The notes under the pieces: model-generated
What the model was told of the DNA's origin: nothing
Seen by the model: only the letters and a program-made list of their open reading frames with translations
The model's database searches: none
Shown: piece after piece, positions 39,876-50,060 of the stretch
Layout of the letters: the number at the start of each line of letters is the position of its first letter
Position numbering within the stretch: the first letter of the stretch is position 1
Translations under genes and position numbers: made by a program
NCBI GenBank assembly: GCA_964252075.1
Contig: CAXULY010000037.1
Location: forward strand, 1 to 54,293
Reading direction: 5' to 3'
DNA length: 54,293 nt
From: an uncultured Deinococcaceae bacterium
GTDB lineage: Bacteria; Deinococcota; Deinococci; Deinococcales; Deinococcaceae

Positions 39876-40830
39876 TTGACGGTGACAGCTGGGCTGGTGC
39901 ATCCCGTGGCCTCGTTCCCGCTCAAGCGCCAGACGGGCACGCTGGAAGGTCGGGCGTGCGGTCAAACGGCGCGCGTCACGCGCGCCACCTCGCCCTACAC
40001 CCCGATGGCGGTGGGCAAAACGTTCCGAGGGGACCACTCGGCGTTCGTGCAGGACGACGGGCAGGTGGGGATCTGGGTGGGAGCGGACCGGCCCGAGGAC
40101 CGGCAGACGGCACCGGCGGGCCTCTTTGGGGTGGTCGGGGTGGCGGCCGGTGATGAGCGGGTGTCTGCCGTGAAGGACGATGGCACGGTGGTGTCGTGGG
40201 CGCTGCGAGCCGGGAGCCCGGCGCCAGCGGTGCCGTCGGACCTGAGCGGGGTGATCGCGCTGGCGACCAGCCAAGGGGACACGCTCGCGCTGAAAGCTGC
40301 AAAGCGACGGAACGGTCGTCGGCTGGGGGCCGAATTACAGTGGGGTGACGGACGTACCCGCAGGCCTGCGTGATGTGGTCGCCATCGCGGCGGGCAGCAA
40401 CCACGCCCTGGCGCTTCGGGCGGATGGCAGCGTGGTTGGGTGGGGCAGCGGGCAGTACGGCCAGGCGAGCGTGCCTGCGGGCCTGCATCACATTGTGAGC
40501 ATCTCGGCGGGTGACTTCAGTTCGCTGGCGCTCAAGGCCGATGGGACAGTCGTGGGGTGGGGCGGAACGCCGGCGGTACCTCAGGTGGTGCCAGTCAACC
40601 CGAGTGGGGTGGTGGCGATTGCAGACGGTGGAGGGCACAGCCTGGCGCCCAAGTCCGACGGCACCATCGTCGCCTGACCCGCGAAGTTCACGCCCCAGGC
40701 GACGGTGCCGCCGTATGTGGGTGGGCGGCTGGAGGCAGCACCAGCTTGGCGTTGAACGCCGAGGGATTCATCGCCGAGTGGGGGTCCCGCACGAGGACTT
40801 ACTTCGACCGCGGAGGGCTCCTGGCGGTGC
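39876..40830 (+). pseudogene. RCC1/BLIP-II repeat protein, fragmented
   Basis: repeated IAAG..H.LAL.ADG.VVGWG units over several frames. Confidence 0.8.
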
Positions 40831-41147
40831 CTTGAGATCATCCGCACGGTTGAGCGCACCGTGGGGCCACCGGCGCGCTGAAGACATCGACCAGGCTCGA
40901 AACTGGGGCTGAATCGCAAGCGATTCGCATGGTCGACCACTAGGACGTACCGGTGAGCGCGCTGGGGCGGACGTGGGCGCACGCGGAGGCGCCGCTGCTG
41001 AGCGGGCTGGCGCCGTATGGGGTGGCGGAGCTGCTGGTGGCCTACGTGCCTGCGTGATCTAGAAAGAATCACAGGCGTTTTTGCGGGGTCCCGTGCGACT
41101 CCGCACATTCGCTTTGACACCCCGGCGCGCATTGCCCAGGTTTCAGG

Positions 41148-41594
41148 TCACGCACCGCCTGAGAGCGTCGCGATGGCCTTCGCCACACGCCGCGCGCGCG
41201 TCTCGGGCGTGGCGGCGCCCTCGACCGACACCGTGTGCTGCCGCTTGCGGCTGTACGATAACTTCTCGAACGCGGCCAGAGCGGCGGGGTTGCCCGCCAG
41301 CGCGGCCTGCAGGTCCTCCGGGACCGCGACCTCACGAGGCTCGGTGTCCAGCTCCACCGTGACCGTCACCGTGTCGCCCGCCGTCAGGCCTGCCTTGCCG
41401 CGGTGCTCCGCGCTCACAGGAATCATGGAGCGCCCCCCCATCACGCCGACGGTGCTGCGGTACACGTGGCTGTTCAGGGTGACCGTGATGGCGGGTTTTT
41501 TCCCACCGCCCAGGGCTCCCATGACCTCGGGCGGCACTTCGATGCCGGTGGCGGTCTTGCCTTCCTGCTTCAGGGTCGCGGTGAATGTCAGCAT
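41148..41594 (-). CDS. DUF1905 / YdeI-OmpD-associated family protein
   Basis: ATGIEVP...VPEDLQAAL...FEKLSYS...ETRARR. Confidence 0.88.
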   Translation of the reverse strand: MLTFTATLKQEGKTATGIEVPPEVMGALGGGKKPAITVTLNSHVYRSTVGVMGGRSMIPVSAEHRGKAGLTAGDTVTVTVELDTEPREVAVPEDLQAALAGNPAALAAFEKLSYSRKRQHTVSVEGAATPETRARRVAKAIATLSGGA

Positions 41595-42120
41595 GAAACT
41601 CCTCGAGGGGGACTGACGGCATACTGGGGCGTCCAAACAGCACCGTGTACTGAGGCTCACAGGATGTCGTCGGATGGGCTGGCTGGCCATGACGCCCTGA
41701 GCTTCATGACCCAAGGGGCGCGGGGACCTGCAGCCAGTCTAACAGTGGCGGCGAACCATCCGACCCCAGGAGGAGCATGAGCCGACACACCCCACGGTGC
41801 GCGGCCGTATCGTGTGGGCATGCGTCTCTGCGACCTGACGCCCACCGAGCTGGTCAGCGGCCTCTGGCAGTGCGAGGCCGTCTCGCGTCACGGTCCCGCG
41901 ATGGGGTGAGGGGTGATGCATCCACCCCTCACACAACAGCGGCGACCCCCTCGCCTGGGAAGCGCTGGTCGCCGCCGTCCACAAGCCATCAGCCTGTTGA
42001 TTGACGGGTTGACCTGCCGCCGTACGATACAGCGGCAGGACGTCGCCATCGGGTTCGAAGGAACCCCGCGCGTTCACCTGCCCTTTTGAATCGGACGAAC
42101 GGTCATCACGAAGGAGCGCC

Positions 42121-42486
42121 ATGACCCCGACCACCACCCCCAACCCCGTCCACCCCGGCGCCATCCTCGCCACCGAGCTGGAGGCCCGCAAGCTCACGCC
42201 CGACGACGCCGCCCGCGAGCTCGGCCTGCCGGTCGAGCTCATCACCGACCTGCTGGACGGCACCGCCCGCATCACCCCCGACGCCGCCGCGGCCTTCGAG
42301 CGCGTGTGGGCGCATCCCGCCGAGGTGTGGCACAACCTGCAGCGCCACTTTGATACGCAGCCCGAGACCACGCACGGCGGCGGCCGCCCCGGTGCCAGGC
42401 GCAAGGCCAGCAGGAAGACCTCCAGGCTCCTGCGCGTCACCGGCACGCCCGAGGAGCTCGCCGCCATCGACGCGTGGCCCGCTTAA
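42121..42486 (+). CDS. HigA-like HTH antitoxin with C-terminal extension, no toxin partner
   Basis: PVHPGAIL...ARITPD.A...W.NLQ; AAGGAG RBS. Confidence 0.8.
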   Translation: MTPTTTPNPVHPGAILATELEARKLTPDDAARELGLPVELITDLLDGTARITPDAAAAFERVWAHPAEVWHNLQRHFDTQPETTHGGGRPGARRKASRKTSRLLRVTGTPEELAAIDAWPA

Positions 42487-42591
42487 CAGAAACCCGGTAC
42501 CGGCGCCCAGGCGCTCCTGCAGGCCGCGCGCGCCCGCTCCGCCCGCGGCCCCGCGCCCCTTCAGGTGCGGGGCCAGTTTACACTGGATCTC

Positions 42592-42620
42592 TTGATCTGT
42601 AGCGCACTTGTAGCTACACT
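42592..42620 (+). promoter_or_regulatory. sigma70 promoter with operator for the leaderless TA operon
   Basis: TTGATC-17 bp-TACACT; TGTAGCTACA palindrome over the -10. Confidence 0.75.
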
Positions 42621-42626
42621 TTGGGT

Positions 42627-42893
42627 GTGGAATTCGACTGGAACGACGCCAACATCGAACACATCGATGCCCACAGCGTGGACCCCGTCGAAGCCGAAGA
42701 GGCCGTGCTGGACGAAGCCGCCCGCGCCCTCACCTCCCACCGCGGCCCCACCGGCGAACCCCGCACCGCCTACGTCGGCGCCACCAGCGAGGGCCGCCTG
42801 CTGTTCGTGGTGGTGACCGTCCGAAACGGCGCCCTGCGCGTCATCACCGCCCGCAACGCCACCCCCCGCGAGCGCACCCTGTACTGGAGCTGA
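42627..42893 (+). CDS. brnT: BrnT-family toxin
   Basis: MEFDW...N..H...GRLLFVVVTVR...RVITAR.A. Confidence 0.88.
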   Translation: MEFDWNDANIEHIDAHSVDPVEAEEAVLDEAARALTSHRGPTGEPRTAYVGATSEGRLLFVVVTVRNGALRVITARNATPRERTLYWS

Positions 42894-42895
42894 CC

Positions 42896-43234
42896 ATGAA
42901 ACAGATCAACGACCGCAGTGAGATTCCCAGCGACATGACCGAGGCCGAGGAGGCCGCCTTCTGGGCCGAGCACGAAGCCGGACCCGGCCTGCTCGCGCAG
43001 ACGCAGGCGGACGCCGACGCGGGCCAGCAACTGGCGGAGCTGGACACCCTGCGCGCCAACCTGCGCGCGGCGCGCTCCGCGAAGTCCAACCCCACCAGTC
43101 TGCGTCTCGGCGCGGACCTGGAGCGCCGCCTCCGGCACCTCGCCGAGCTGAAGGGCACCACCTACCAGACGCTGCTCAAAGAATTCGTGCTGGAGCGCGT
43201 GTACGAGGAAGAGAAGCGCCTGAAGGTCATCTGA
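42896..43234 (+). CDS. CopG/BrnA-type antitoxin
   Basis: EAEEAAFW..H; SLRL...KGTTYQTLLK. Confidence 0.85.
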   Translation: MKQINDRSEIPSDMTEAEEAAFWAEHEAGPGLLAQTQADADAGQQLAELDTLRANLRAARSAKSNPTSLRLGADLERRLRHLAELKGTTYQTLLKEFVLERVYEEEKRLKVI

Positions 43235-43288
43235 CCCCCTTCAGCCCGCGGCTCCACACCACCCGATGTGGGGCCGTATCGTGTGGAC

Positions 43289-43558
43289 GTGCGCCTCTTC
43301 GACCTGACGCCCGAGGACCTGGCCGAGCTGGTCAGCGAGATCGACATGGCCGACATGGGGGACTTCAGCGGCCGCGCCAGCCAGGACCTGCAGCTGCAAG
43401 TCACCACGTACCTGCGCGGCAAGCCGGAGCTGGCGCAGCAGGTGCAGGGCGCGTGGCTGTGGACCTTCGAGATCAGCGACGAATTCACTGATGAGGACAA
43501 GGCAGCCGCGCAGCACTGGTTCGACATGACCCTGCTCGCCGGGCAGCGCCTCAACTAA
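43289..43558 (+). CDS. hypothetical protein
   Basis: TATCGT -10 box 6 nt before GTG; strong codon bias. Confidence 0.7.
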   Translation: MRLFDLTPEDLAELVSEIDMADMGDFSGRASQDLQLQVTTYLRGKPELAQQVQGAWLWTFEISDEFTDEDKAAAQHWFDMTLLAGQRLN

Positions 43559-43637
43559 GAGATTGGGCCGCCCTCCACGTCGGCGCCGGGGTACGCCTCG
43601 ATACCATGGCCGCGCCAGCGCGGCCTCATGCTGCGGC

Positions 43638-43934
43638 ATGACGCGATTCCAACCGTATCGACTGGTCGCCCAGGCAGGTGACAACCTCATCCTGTCGGAC
43701 GTCCGAGGTCAAACGCGCAAGGTGCCCTGGAAGGTCGTTCCTGTTCCCATGGGTTTGGGCCCGGAGCAGTTCGTCGTCTGCCTCACGACGGGCGCCTGGG
43801 TGGAGGAGCGAAGCGAGGCGTTCATGACGCTGTGGCCGGCACCCGCCTTGAATGCGGTGGATGCCTTGACCGCCCTGCTGCGCGAGATTCGACGCCATGG
43901 CGTCATCTACGATCAGCTCGACCGCGCCGACTGA
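43638..43934 (+). CDS. hypothetical protein
   Basis: CATGCT box 5 nt before ATG. Confidence 0.5.
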   Translation: MTRFQPYRLVAQAGDNLILSDVRGQTRKVPWKVVPVPMGLGPEQFVVCLTTGAWVEERSEAFMTLWPAPALNAVDALTALLREIRRHGVIYDQLDRAD

Positions 43935-44060
43935 CGGCCTGGTTGACGCGAGCTTCAGTCCGGCCTGCCTCTAACTGATGCCTGTACAGTGGCCTCATGG
44001 CACGCCTGGCCATTGCCCTCTAGCCTCTGTGCGGCAGAACGGCTTGCTCCTGTGGCCGAG

Positions 44061-44381
44061 ATGCAGCACCTTGAGCGCTCCGTGTGGGTGTTCAGCCGCG
44101 GCAGGACGTCTGGTGTGTTCAGCTCCTTCCGCAAGGCTGAGGCGTGGGTCGAGCAGCACCAACGGTCCGGTCTGCTGACCGCCTCTCCCCTGGACGAAGG
44201 TGTCTACGACTGGGCCATCCGCAACCATCGCTTCCGTCCCAGCAAGCCCCATCATGGCAGCCCCGACCAGGTGGCGAGCTTCGACAGCGCCTCCCTGGCG
44301 CACGGGCACGACGAGAACGGGCAAGCACAGGCTGGACGTGAAGATGCCCTGGCGTTCTCGCAGCGTCTTGGGGAGCCATAG
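44061..44381 (+). CDS. conserved hypothetical protein, 3' end abutting the IS
   Basis: VWVF...SGVFSS...AEAW...GLLT..P.DEGVYDWA. Confidence 0.6.
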   Translation: MQHLERSVWVFSRGRTSGVFSSFRKAEAWVEQHQRSGLLTASPLDEGVYDWAIRNHRFRPSKPHHGSPDQVASFDSASLAHGHDENGQAQAGREDALAFSQRLGEP

Positions 44382-45238
44382 CAGCACACAGGCGACCAGC
44401 ACGACGGCGTAGAAGTGACGTCCGCGCTTCCCGTCCCGTGTCGCGATCGCCCTGAAGTCCTTGAGGCGTCCGGCAAGGCGCTCCACGACGTTCCGGCCAG
44501 CGTACAGCTCGCGGTCGCACACGGGAGGACGACCACCCCTTGAACCACGCGTCAGGCGGTGCGGTCGTGCGTCCTCTCGCTCAGGGCACACGCAGCGCGT
44601 CCCACGCTTCTTGAGTTGCTTTCGGTCCTTCCGCGCACCGTACGCGCGGTCCACGCGCAGGATCGGGACGTGCGTGCGAGGCCGCCCGACACCAAGACGA
44701 GGAACGCGGATCGCGTCGAGGACGGAGAGCAGGTACGTGCCATCCGCGCGTTGTCCTTCGCTCAGCACGATGGCGAGTGGCCGGGCGTGCCCGTCGGCGC
44801 AGAGGTGCAGCGTGGTGGTGCGACCCCCGCGGGTCTGGCCCAACCACGCACCGTCGAGGTTGTGCCGAGGGTCGGTGTGGGCTGCTCGTGTTCGCGCGCC
44901 CGTTGCACTGCGGTGAGCACGGCTGTGCGTGCGGTCGAGCGCCGCGCCGTCCCAATCGATGTTTCCCTGGTGGTCGGCAAGGGCTTGCAGCGCCTGGAGG
45001 ATGCGCAACCACGTGCCGTCACGTTCCCAGCGAGAGAGTCGGTCGGGGCAGGTCCGCCACGGGCCGTACCGCTCAGGGATGTTGCGCCAGGGCGCACCGA
45101 CCTTGATGCGCCAGAGGATGCCACCTTGGACTCTTCAGTGATCAGCGGAGGGGTGGCCGCGCCTCGGGTCGGGCGGGAGGAGGGGTTGGAGGGCATGCCA
45201 TTGCGGGTCGGTGAGGTCAGTACGGCAGGACAAACCCC
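44360..45238 (-). mobile_element. IS5-family element with inactivated transposase
   Basis: DLTDPQW, internal TGA, GILWR..GAPWR.IPERYGPW, D..H.RAH, DRAY, RNVVER. Confidence 0.85.
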
Positions 45239-45255
45239 GACCCTACGCCCTTGTC

Positions 45256-45588
45256 ATGAGTTCAGCTGCACAGACGCTAGAACAGATTGCTGAGCGTCTT
45301 GGTACGCAGACGCCGCTCATCGCCGTCGGCAACGTCTGGAGTCCTGAGGATGCAATTCAGGCGCTCAACCTGGGCGCGTCCTTCGTGGCGTCGGGCCGTG
45401 CGTTCCTGCTGGATCCGGAGTGGGTACAAAAAGTAGAGGCAGGGCGGAGCCAAGACATTACGACCACGGTTTCGCTCAACGATCGAGAAGCGCTCACCCT
45501 GCCAGAACCCCTGTGGAAGCTGCTTACGGGCTTCAAGGTGAAAGACCGCCTGACTGATGGAACGAACCCTGAACTGAACCCTGGGTAA
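45256..45588 (+). pseudogene. C-terminal fragment of an NADH:flavin oxidoreductase (OYE)
   Basis: PLIAVG.V.SPEDA..AL..GA.FVA.GRAFLLDPEWVQK; truncated next to the IS. Confidence 0.75.
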
Positions 45589-45616
45589 CCTGTCAGCTGC
45601 TGAGAGCTGACAGGTT
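45587..45616. terminator. 12-bp hairpin
   Basis: AACCTGTCAGCT-N6-AGCTGACAGGTT. Confidence 0.6.
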
Positions 45617-45951
45617 GCAACACACCCCTCCTGTTCAGGGTTTTTGTCGGCCCTCCGCGCGCCGGGCGCGGTCACTCACCCTCCGCGTGGGCGTGCAGGG
45701 CCTGCTCTGCGGCCATAAGGGCGCGGTTCGCCGGGTCTTCCAGTCGGTCCGCCTGCGCGGGCGTCAGCGAGATCTCGCGGCCTTTGAGCTGGCCCTCGCC
45801 GAGCACCGGATGAAGACGGCTGGAGACGAACCCACTCCCCCCAGTGTCCGGCCTGCATCCGGCGCCTTGAGCCTGCGGGACCGTCACCGTGACGCTGGCG
45901 GCCTGGTGCGCATGCGTGCCGGGCCGCCAGCGTTCGCCGCGGTCAGTGGCT

Positions 45952-47793
45952 TTACTTCGAGATCTTTTTCATGGTCCATGAGACGCTGTAATCGCGCTCT
46001 TCTGCGGTCCCGTACGCCTCGACCCAGTAATCGTAGCCGGAGAAGCCCACGCCATCTTTGTAATCCGCCATGTCGACCGTCTGCTCGTCGAGGATGCTCA
46101 GCGTGTCCGGGTCGACCTTCGGCCTGGGCAGTTCGTAGGTCATGATGTCGTTCGGGCACGTCCAGTGCGAGGTGTACTGCGGGGCGTGCATGGGGTCGGT
46201 CATGATGGCGGTCATCACGTACTTCACCTTGCTGGTCTGGCCCTGGGCCAGCATGACCAGGCCGGTGCTGCTCCCGTCCAGCGTGACGCGCTGCGGACCG
46301 AAGTTCCCGGCGTCGAAGCTGGCGGCGCCGGTGTCGCCAAACGTGGTGCGGGCGTCGGCGTACGCACTGGCGTACCAGCTGGCCACGGTGTTGCTGCGCT
46401 TCGGGTCGTAGAAAAAATACGCGGTGCCGGTCGTGGTTTCCGTCAGGTCCGGGCGGTTCAGGACGCCGCCCGACGTGCTGGCGATGCACGAGGTCTGGTG
46501 CTTGCGGATCACCTTCTTGGTAAAGGTGACCTTCCAACCGTCCACGCCAGAGTCGTAGTACGACACATTGAATTTCGCTTGTCCAAACAGGCCGCCGTCG
46601 TTTACCTGCTGCTGCGTGCTGATGGCGTGGAACTCCAGCAGAGGGTACTTGCCGGACAGCTGGGTCGCACCGACCGCGACCTGAACGGCATCCGTCTTCT
46701 GCTTGCTGGGGATGTGGTTTTCAGGCGGTGAGGTGTCGTCAATGGCGGTGAAGGTGGTGGACGTCTGGCCACTGCCGTCGGTGGTGCCCTCACTTTGGTC
46801 CACTGTGCCCTCATCGGTGTTCTGCAGCAACCAGTGCATCTTGACGCCCGCGAAGGTGCGGTTGGCGGTGGGCGCGCAGCCGTTCTGGGCGTGGAACACC
46901 AGGTCGGCATCGCTGATGTTCTCACGCATCAGGGCGGTCGCCTTGACGGTGTTGGTGAACGGCTGACCGAGACCGTTGCGCCAGATGTCAGGGCGCTGGG
47001 CGGTCACCCGGACGACCATGCCGGTGGTCAGGTAGGTCACGCAGTCAGTGTAGTTCCCGAATTCCAGGACCCCTCCCGCGACCTTGACGCCGTCACCCAG
47101 GAACTGCTTGCCGGTGTCGTACAGGTCCTTGAAGATCTTCAGGCCCGCCAGCGGATCATCTGGGCCGTCGAGGGCCGTCAGCCTGGCGTCTTGCGCTTCG
47201 ATGGCCTTCATGAATAGGACGTTGTTCAGCACGTACACCTGCATTGGGTCCAGGAACCCATCGCCAATGGCGTGTCCGTCGCTGGGGGCGCCCCGGGCCT
47301 GCCACAGGGCCACCACGAGGGCCAGCGGGCGCTGCTCACGCGTGAAGGTCGGCTGGGCGCGAATGGCGGCCAGGCGGTCCTCCACGGCGGTGGCCGTGAG
47401 GGGTCGCCCGTCAGCCAGGGTGAAGCCGAACGCGCTCGCCTGCGCGGCCCACGAGTCGAGCGTCAGCCCCATACCGCCGACCATGCTGAGCTGCAGACCT
47501 TGAACGGTCGCGTCGCGGGTCTGCAGGTATGGGGCGAGTTCATCCGGCAGGCTGAGGGCCGAGGCGGTCACCGGGTGAAAAAGAGCGTTCAATTGGCTGG
47601 TCCGGACGGCCGGATCGGTGCTCGTGATGTTCTGCGTGAACGCCTGGAGGTCCTCCCAGGTGTCGAAGGTGGTGGCGACGGTCGGGTTGCTCGGCGAGGG
47701 GTTGGGGTCGGGCGGGGGCGGGGCGCCGGTGGGGGACCCACAGGCGACGAGACCGACACCGAGGCACAGGGACAGCAGCAGCATTCGTTTCAT
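45952..47793 (-). CDS. 613-aa lipoprotein
   Basis: lipobox LVAC after a signal peptide; Pro linker; Ig-like TTDGSGQ segment; AGGAG RBS. Confidence 0.85.
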   Translation of the reverse strand: MKRMLLLSLCLGVGLVACGSPTGAPPPPDPNPSPSNPTVATTFDTWEDLQAFTQNITSTDPAVRTSQLNALFHPVTASALSLPDELAPYLQTRDATVQGLQLSMVGGMGLTLDSWAAQASAFGFTLADGRPLTATAVEDRLAAIRAQPTFTREQRPLALVVALWQARGAPSDGHAIGDGFLDPMQVYVLNNVLFMKAIEAQDARLTALDGPDDPLAGLKIFKDLYDTGKQFLGDGVKVAGGVLEFGNYTDCVTYLTTGMVVRVTAQRPDIWRNGLGQPFTNTVKATALMRENISDADLVFHAQNGCAPTANRTFAGVKMHWLLQNTDEGTVDQSEGTTDGSGQTSTTFTAIDDTSPPENHIPSKQKTDAVQVAVGATQLSGKYPLLEFHAISTQQQVNDGGLFGQAKFNVSYYDSGVDGWKVTFTKKVIRKHQTSCIASTSGGVLNRPDLTETTTGTAYFFYDPKRSNTVASWYASAYADARTTFGDTGAASFDAGNFGPQRVTLDGSSTGLVMLAQGQTSKVKYVMTAIMTDPMHAPQYTSHWTCPNDIMTYELPRPKVDPDTLSILDEQTVDMADYKDGVGFSGYDYWVEAYGTAEERDYSVSWTMKKISK

Positions 47794-47943
47794 GGGGCGC
47801 TCCTGGCGGTCGTTGAGGTGATTCGTTCACCCCCTGACCGCTTCTGGACCCACCATGCGCGGTGCAGCATGGTGGGCCGATGACAGGGGCGCGGCGGCTG
47901 GGCACTTCAAGGCGGACGTGGTTTCCCACCATTCTGGTGGTGC

Positions 47944-48007
47944 GGGTCGCTGGCAGGAATCGAACCTGCACCCTTCAGGCGCAAGGCGGTGGACCACCAT
48001 GCAGCGA
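47944..48007 (-). ncRNA. degenerate tRNA-like element
   Basis: perfect T arm GCAGG-TTCGATT-CCTGC and 6-bp TCGCTG/CAGCGA acceptor; abnormal D and anticodon arms. Confidence 0.45.
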
Positions 48008-48352
48008 TGTGCGCTGCCCTCCCGCGCGGTCGCGCCCCACCCGCAGCAGGGTGGGGCGCCGCAGCCTGAGTCACAGGCTCGCGCGGGAGGTTGGCGGCGT
48101 CCGGGAGTCGGTCCGGACGCCGCCATCTGCCCACACCACGCGTGGTGGGTGGGTCCAGCGGTGACCTGCTGGTGGAGGTGCCCCGTCTTTCCGGAGCCTG
48201 TCGCGCCGCACGCCCGGCCTGGCCTGGGTCGTCGCGGCTGAAAGCGGCCCAAACGGAAGCGGGCCTGCAGGGCCCACGAGGGGGCGAGGTGGCCGGCGTG
48301 ACCCGGCGCTCTGGGTATTCAGTCGTGATGGCCGGCGCGACCCCGAAACGAA

Positions 48353-48389
48353 ACAGGCCCGACGGATCTCGTCGGGCCTGTGGTTTTTT
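48353..48389 (+). terminator. hairpin with T tract
   Basis: ACAGGCCCGACG-N5-CGTCGGGCCTGT-GGTTTTTT. Confidence 0.6.
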
Positions 48390-48606
48390 GGGTTATAGGA
48401 ACACCCATCCCAGCCTAAGTCAAATAGGGGTTACAACTGCCCAGCCGTCAAGCACAAAGGCGACATCACTCATCCAGCGTGGCTTCCCGATCCGGGTGTT
48501 TGTGCACACCTGGCGTCAGGCGACCCTCCGGGAGGTCCTCCAGCGTCACTAGGCGGCCGTCTGTCATGGCGCGCTGCAGGCCGTGCAGCGCGCGCACGAG
48601 GTTCGG

Positions 48607-49347
48607 TTAGCGCACCTGGATGTACGAGCGCAGCTTCGGGGTACCACCGTCACCTGCCTTCCGCTCCCGAAGGATCAACTGCCCAACGTCGTCCGGGCGG
48701 CGGACGCGCGTGGCGCACCCCTCCGGGTGGCTGACGTCCAGAATCCAGCGCGCCAGGTCCCGCCACCCGTCCGCGCCCACCTCGAAGGCCGCGAGTTCCT
48801 GTAGCTCGCGGGCGTTCGCGACGATCAACTCGTCGCCCGTCTCTCCCCACACCACCACGAGGCGCACGTAGCTCTGCCGGAACTGCCCGTCCCCGAGGTT
48901 CTGGCGGACGCTGAACACCTCGCTCTTGAATTCCCGGCCGGTGTGCCGCCGCGCCCGCTCGTCCAGGCCGCGCTGCGCGACGCACCGGGCGGCGTCGTGC
49001 ACGAGCGCGCGGTCCCGGTAACGCGCCGCCTCCGGCGCGCGGCCCTGCGCCCACAGCTTGCAGGCCTGCAGGGCGTCCCTGAAGGCCCGCACCCCGTGCT
49101 CCTCGTGATCACCGACGAGCGGCGAGCTGGGCGTGCCGGCGTTCGGCAGGGCGCCCACGTCGCGCGCCGCGGCCTCCACCAGCGCCATCTGGTGGGGCGT
49201 GACAAGCCGCTGGCGGTACACGTGGTCGAGGATGACGCGCCGCTCGTGGATGGCGCGCGCGATGGCGTTGATCTCGCGGCGCTCGTCCGCGCTGAGGTCG
49301 CGGTAGTCGCAGCTGCTGCTGGCGTCGAGGAGCGGCGCCTCCGGCAC
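48607..49347 (-). CDS. phage-like hypothetical protein; frame stays open to 48466 past the TAA
   Basis: GGAGG RBS, codon bias; possibly a premature stop. Confidence 0.6.
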   Translation of the reverse strand: MPEAPLLDASSSCDYRDLSADERREINAIARAIHERRVILDHVYRQRLVTPHQMALVEAAARDVGALPNAGTPSSPLVGDHEEHGVRAFRDALQACKLWAQGRAPEAARYRDRALVHDAARCVAQRGLDERARRHTGREFKSEVFSVRQNLGDGQFRQSYVRLVVVWGETGDELIVANARELQELAAFEVGADGWRDLARWILDVSHPEGCATRVRRPDDVGQLILRERKAGDGGTPKLRSYIQVR

Positions 49348-49691
49348 GAAGGCCTCCTGCGGAGGCGGTGTGTTTCCTCAGCTGGTGGTTTCGGTTCGGG
49401 GAGCCTCAAGACCTTCACCTGCGAGATCCCGAAGGTTTCGAGGTGCCCGTCCTGGAAGCGCACGCGCACCGTGGCGTGCCTCGCGGACATGGATGGGGGC
49501 CGCACCACCTCCGCGGCCCGCCCGGCGTACCGGGTGTTCCCGCGGCCCTGGCGGGGCCGGTACTCGACCAGGGTGCCCACCTGGTACACGCGGCGCAGAC
49601 GCGCCTCACGGTCGCGGTCCACCTGCAGCTCCTGGCGGCGCACGCGCGGCTGGTCGCCCTGGTCGTCGCGCGCCGTCCAGCGGCCGCTCAC
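49344..49691 (-). CDS. small basic SH3/KOW-like phage protein; 3' end uncertain (stop apparently lost)
   Basis: YQVGTLVEY...GRAAEVV...VRVRFQDG. Confidence 0.45.
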
Positions 49692-49989
49692 GACGGCCCC
49701 ACGGACGTCGACGTGAAGGCCGGGCCGTAGCGATCGAAGTACCGGGAGAGGAGGGCCTCGCCCTCGCCGGTCAGCACGAGGCCCTCAGGGTGCGCTTGAG
49801 GGTCGGGTCCGGCCAGCGCACGAGTTTCTGGTCGCGCAGGCCGCGCAGCACGCCGCGACCGTACGGGGTGGGGTGGTCGTGCTCGTCGATGAAGCCGGCC
49901 CGGGCAATGGCCTGCAGGGGATTGGTGGGCTCCCCACTGAACACGGCGAGGAGGCGATAGGAGTCAGGGATGGCTGGCTGGTCGCTCAA
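49688..49989 (-). pseudogene. winged-helix protein, frameshifted at about 49785
   Basis: LRDQKLVRWPDP..RT then LVLTGEGEALL in another frame; GTGA coupling. Confidence 0.5.
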
Positions 49990-50060
49990 GGCATGACCTC
50001 CAGGGTGCGCTGAACGGGGAGATCCAGGCGACCGCGCAGGTCACCGACGGCGAGGGGGTT

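Noticed and set aside
43995..44360. C-terminal extension of the IS5 transposase
   Set aside because: Read-through antisense to the 44061 gene; the IS terminal repeats could not be defined reliably
47880..47950. c-di-GMP-II riboswitch (CTGGGCACTT...GGTGGTGC)
   Set aside because: Other conserved elements are missing, and it is on the wrong strand for the adjacent gene
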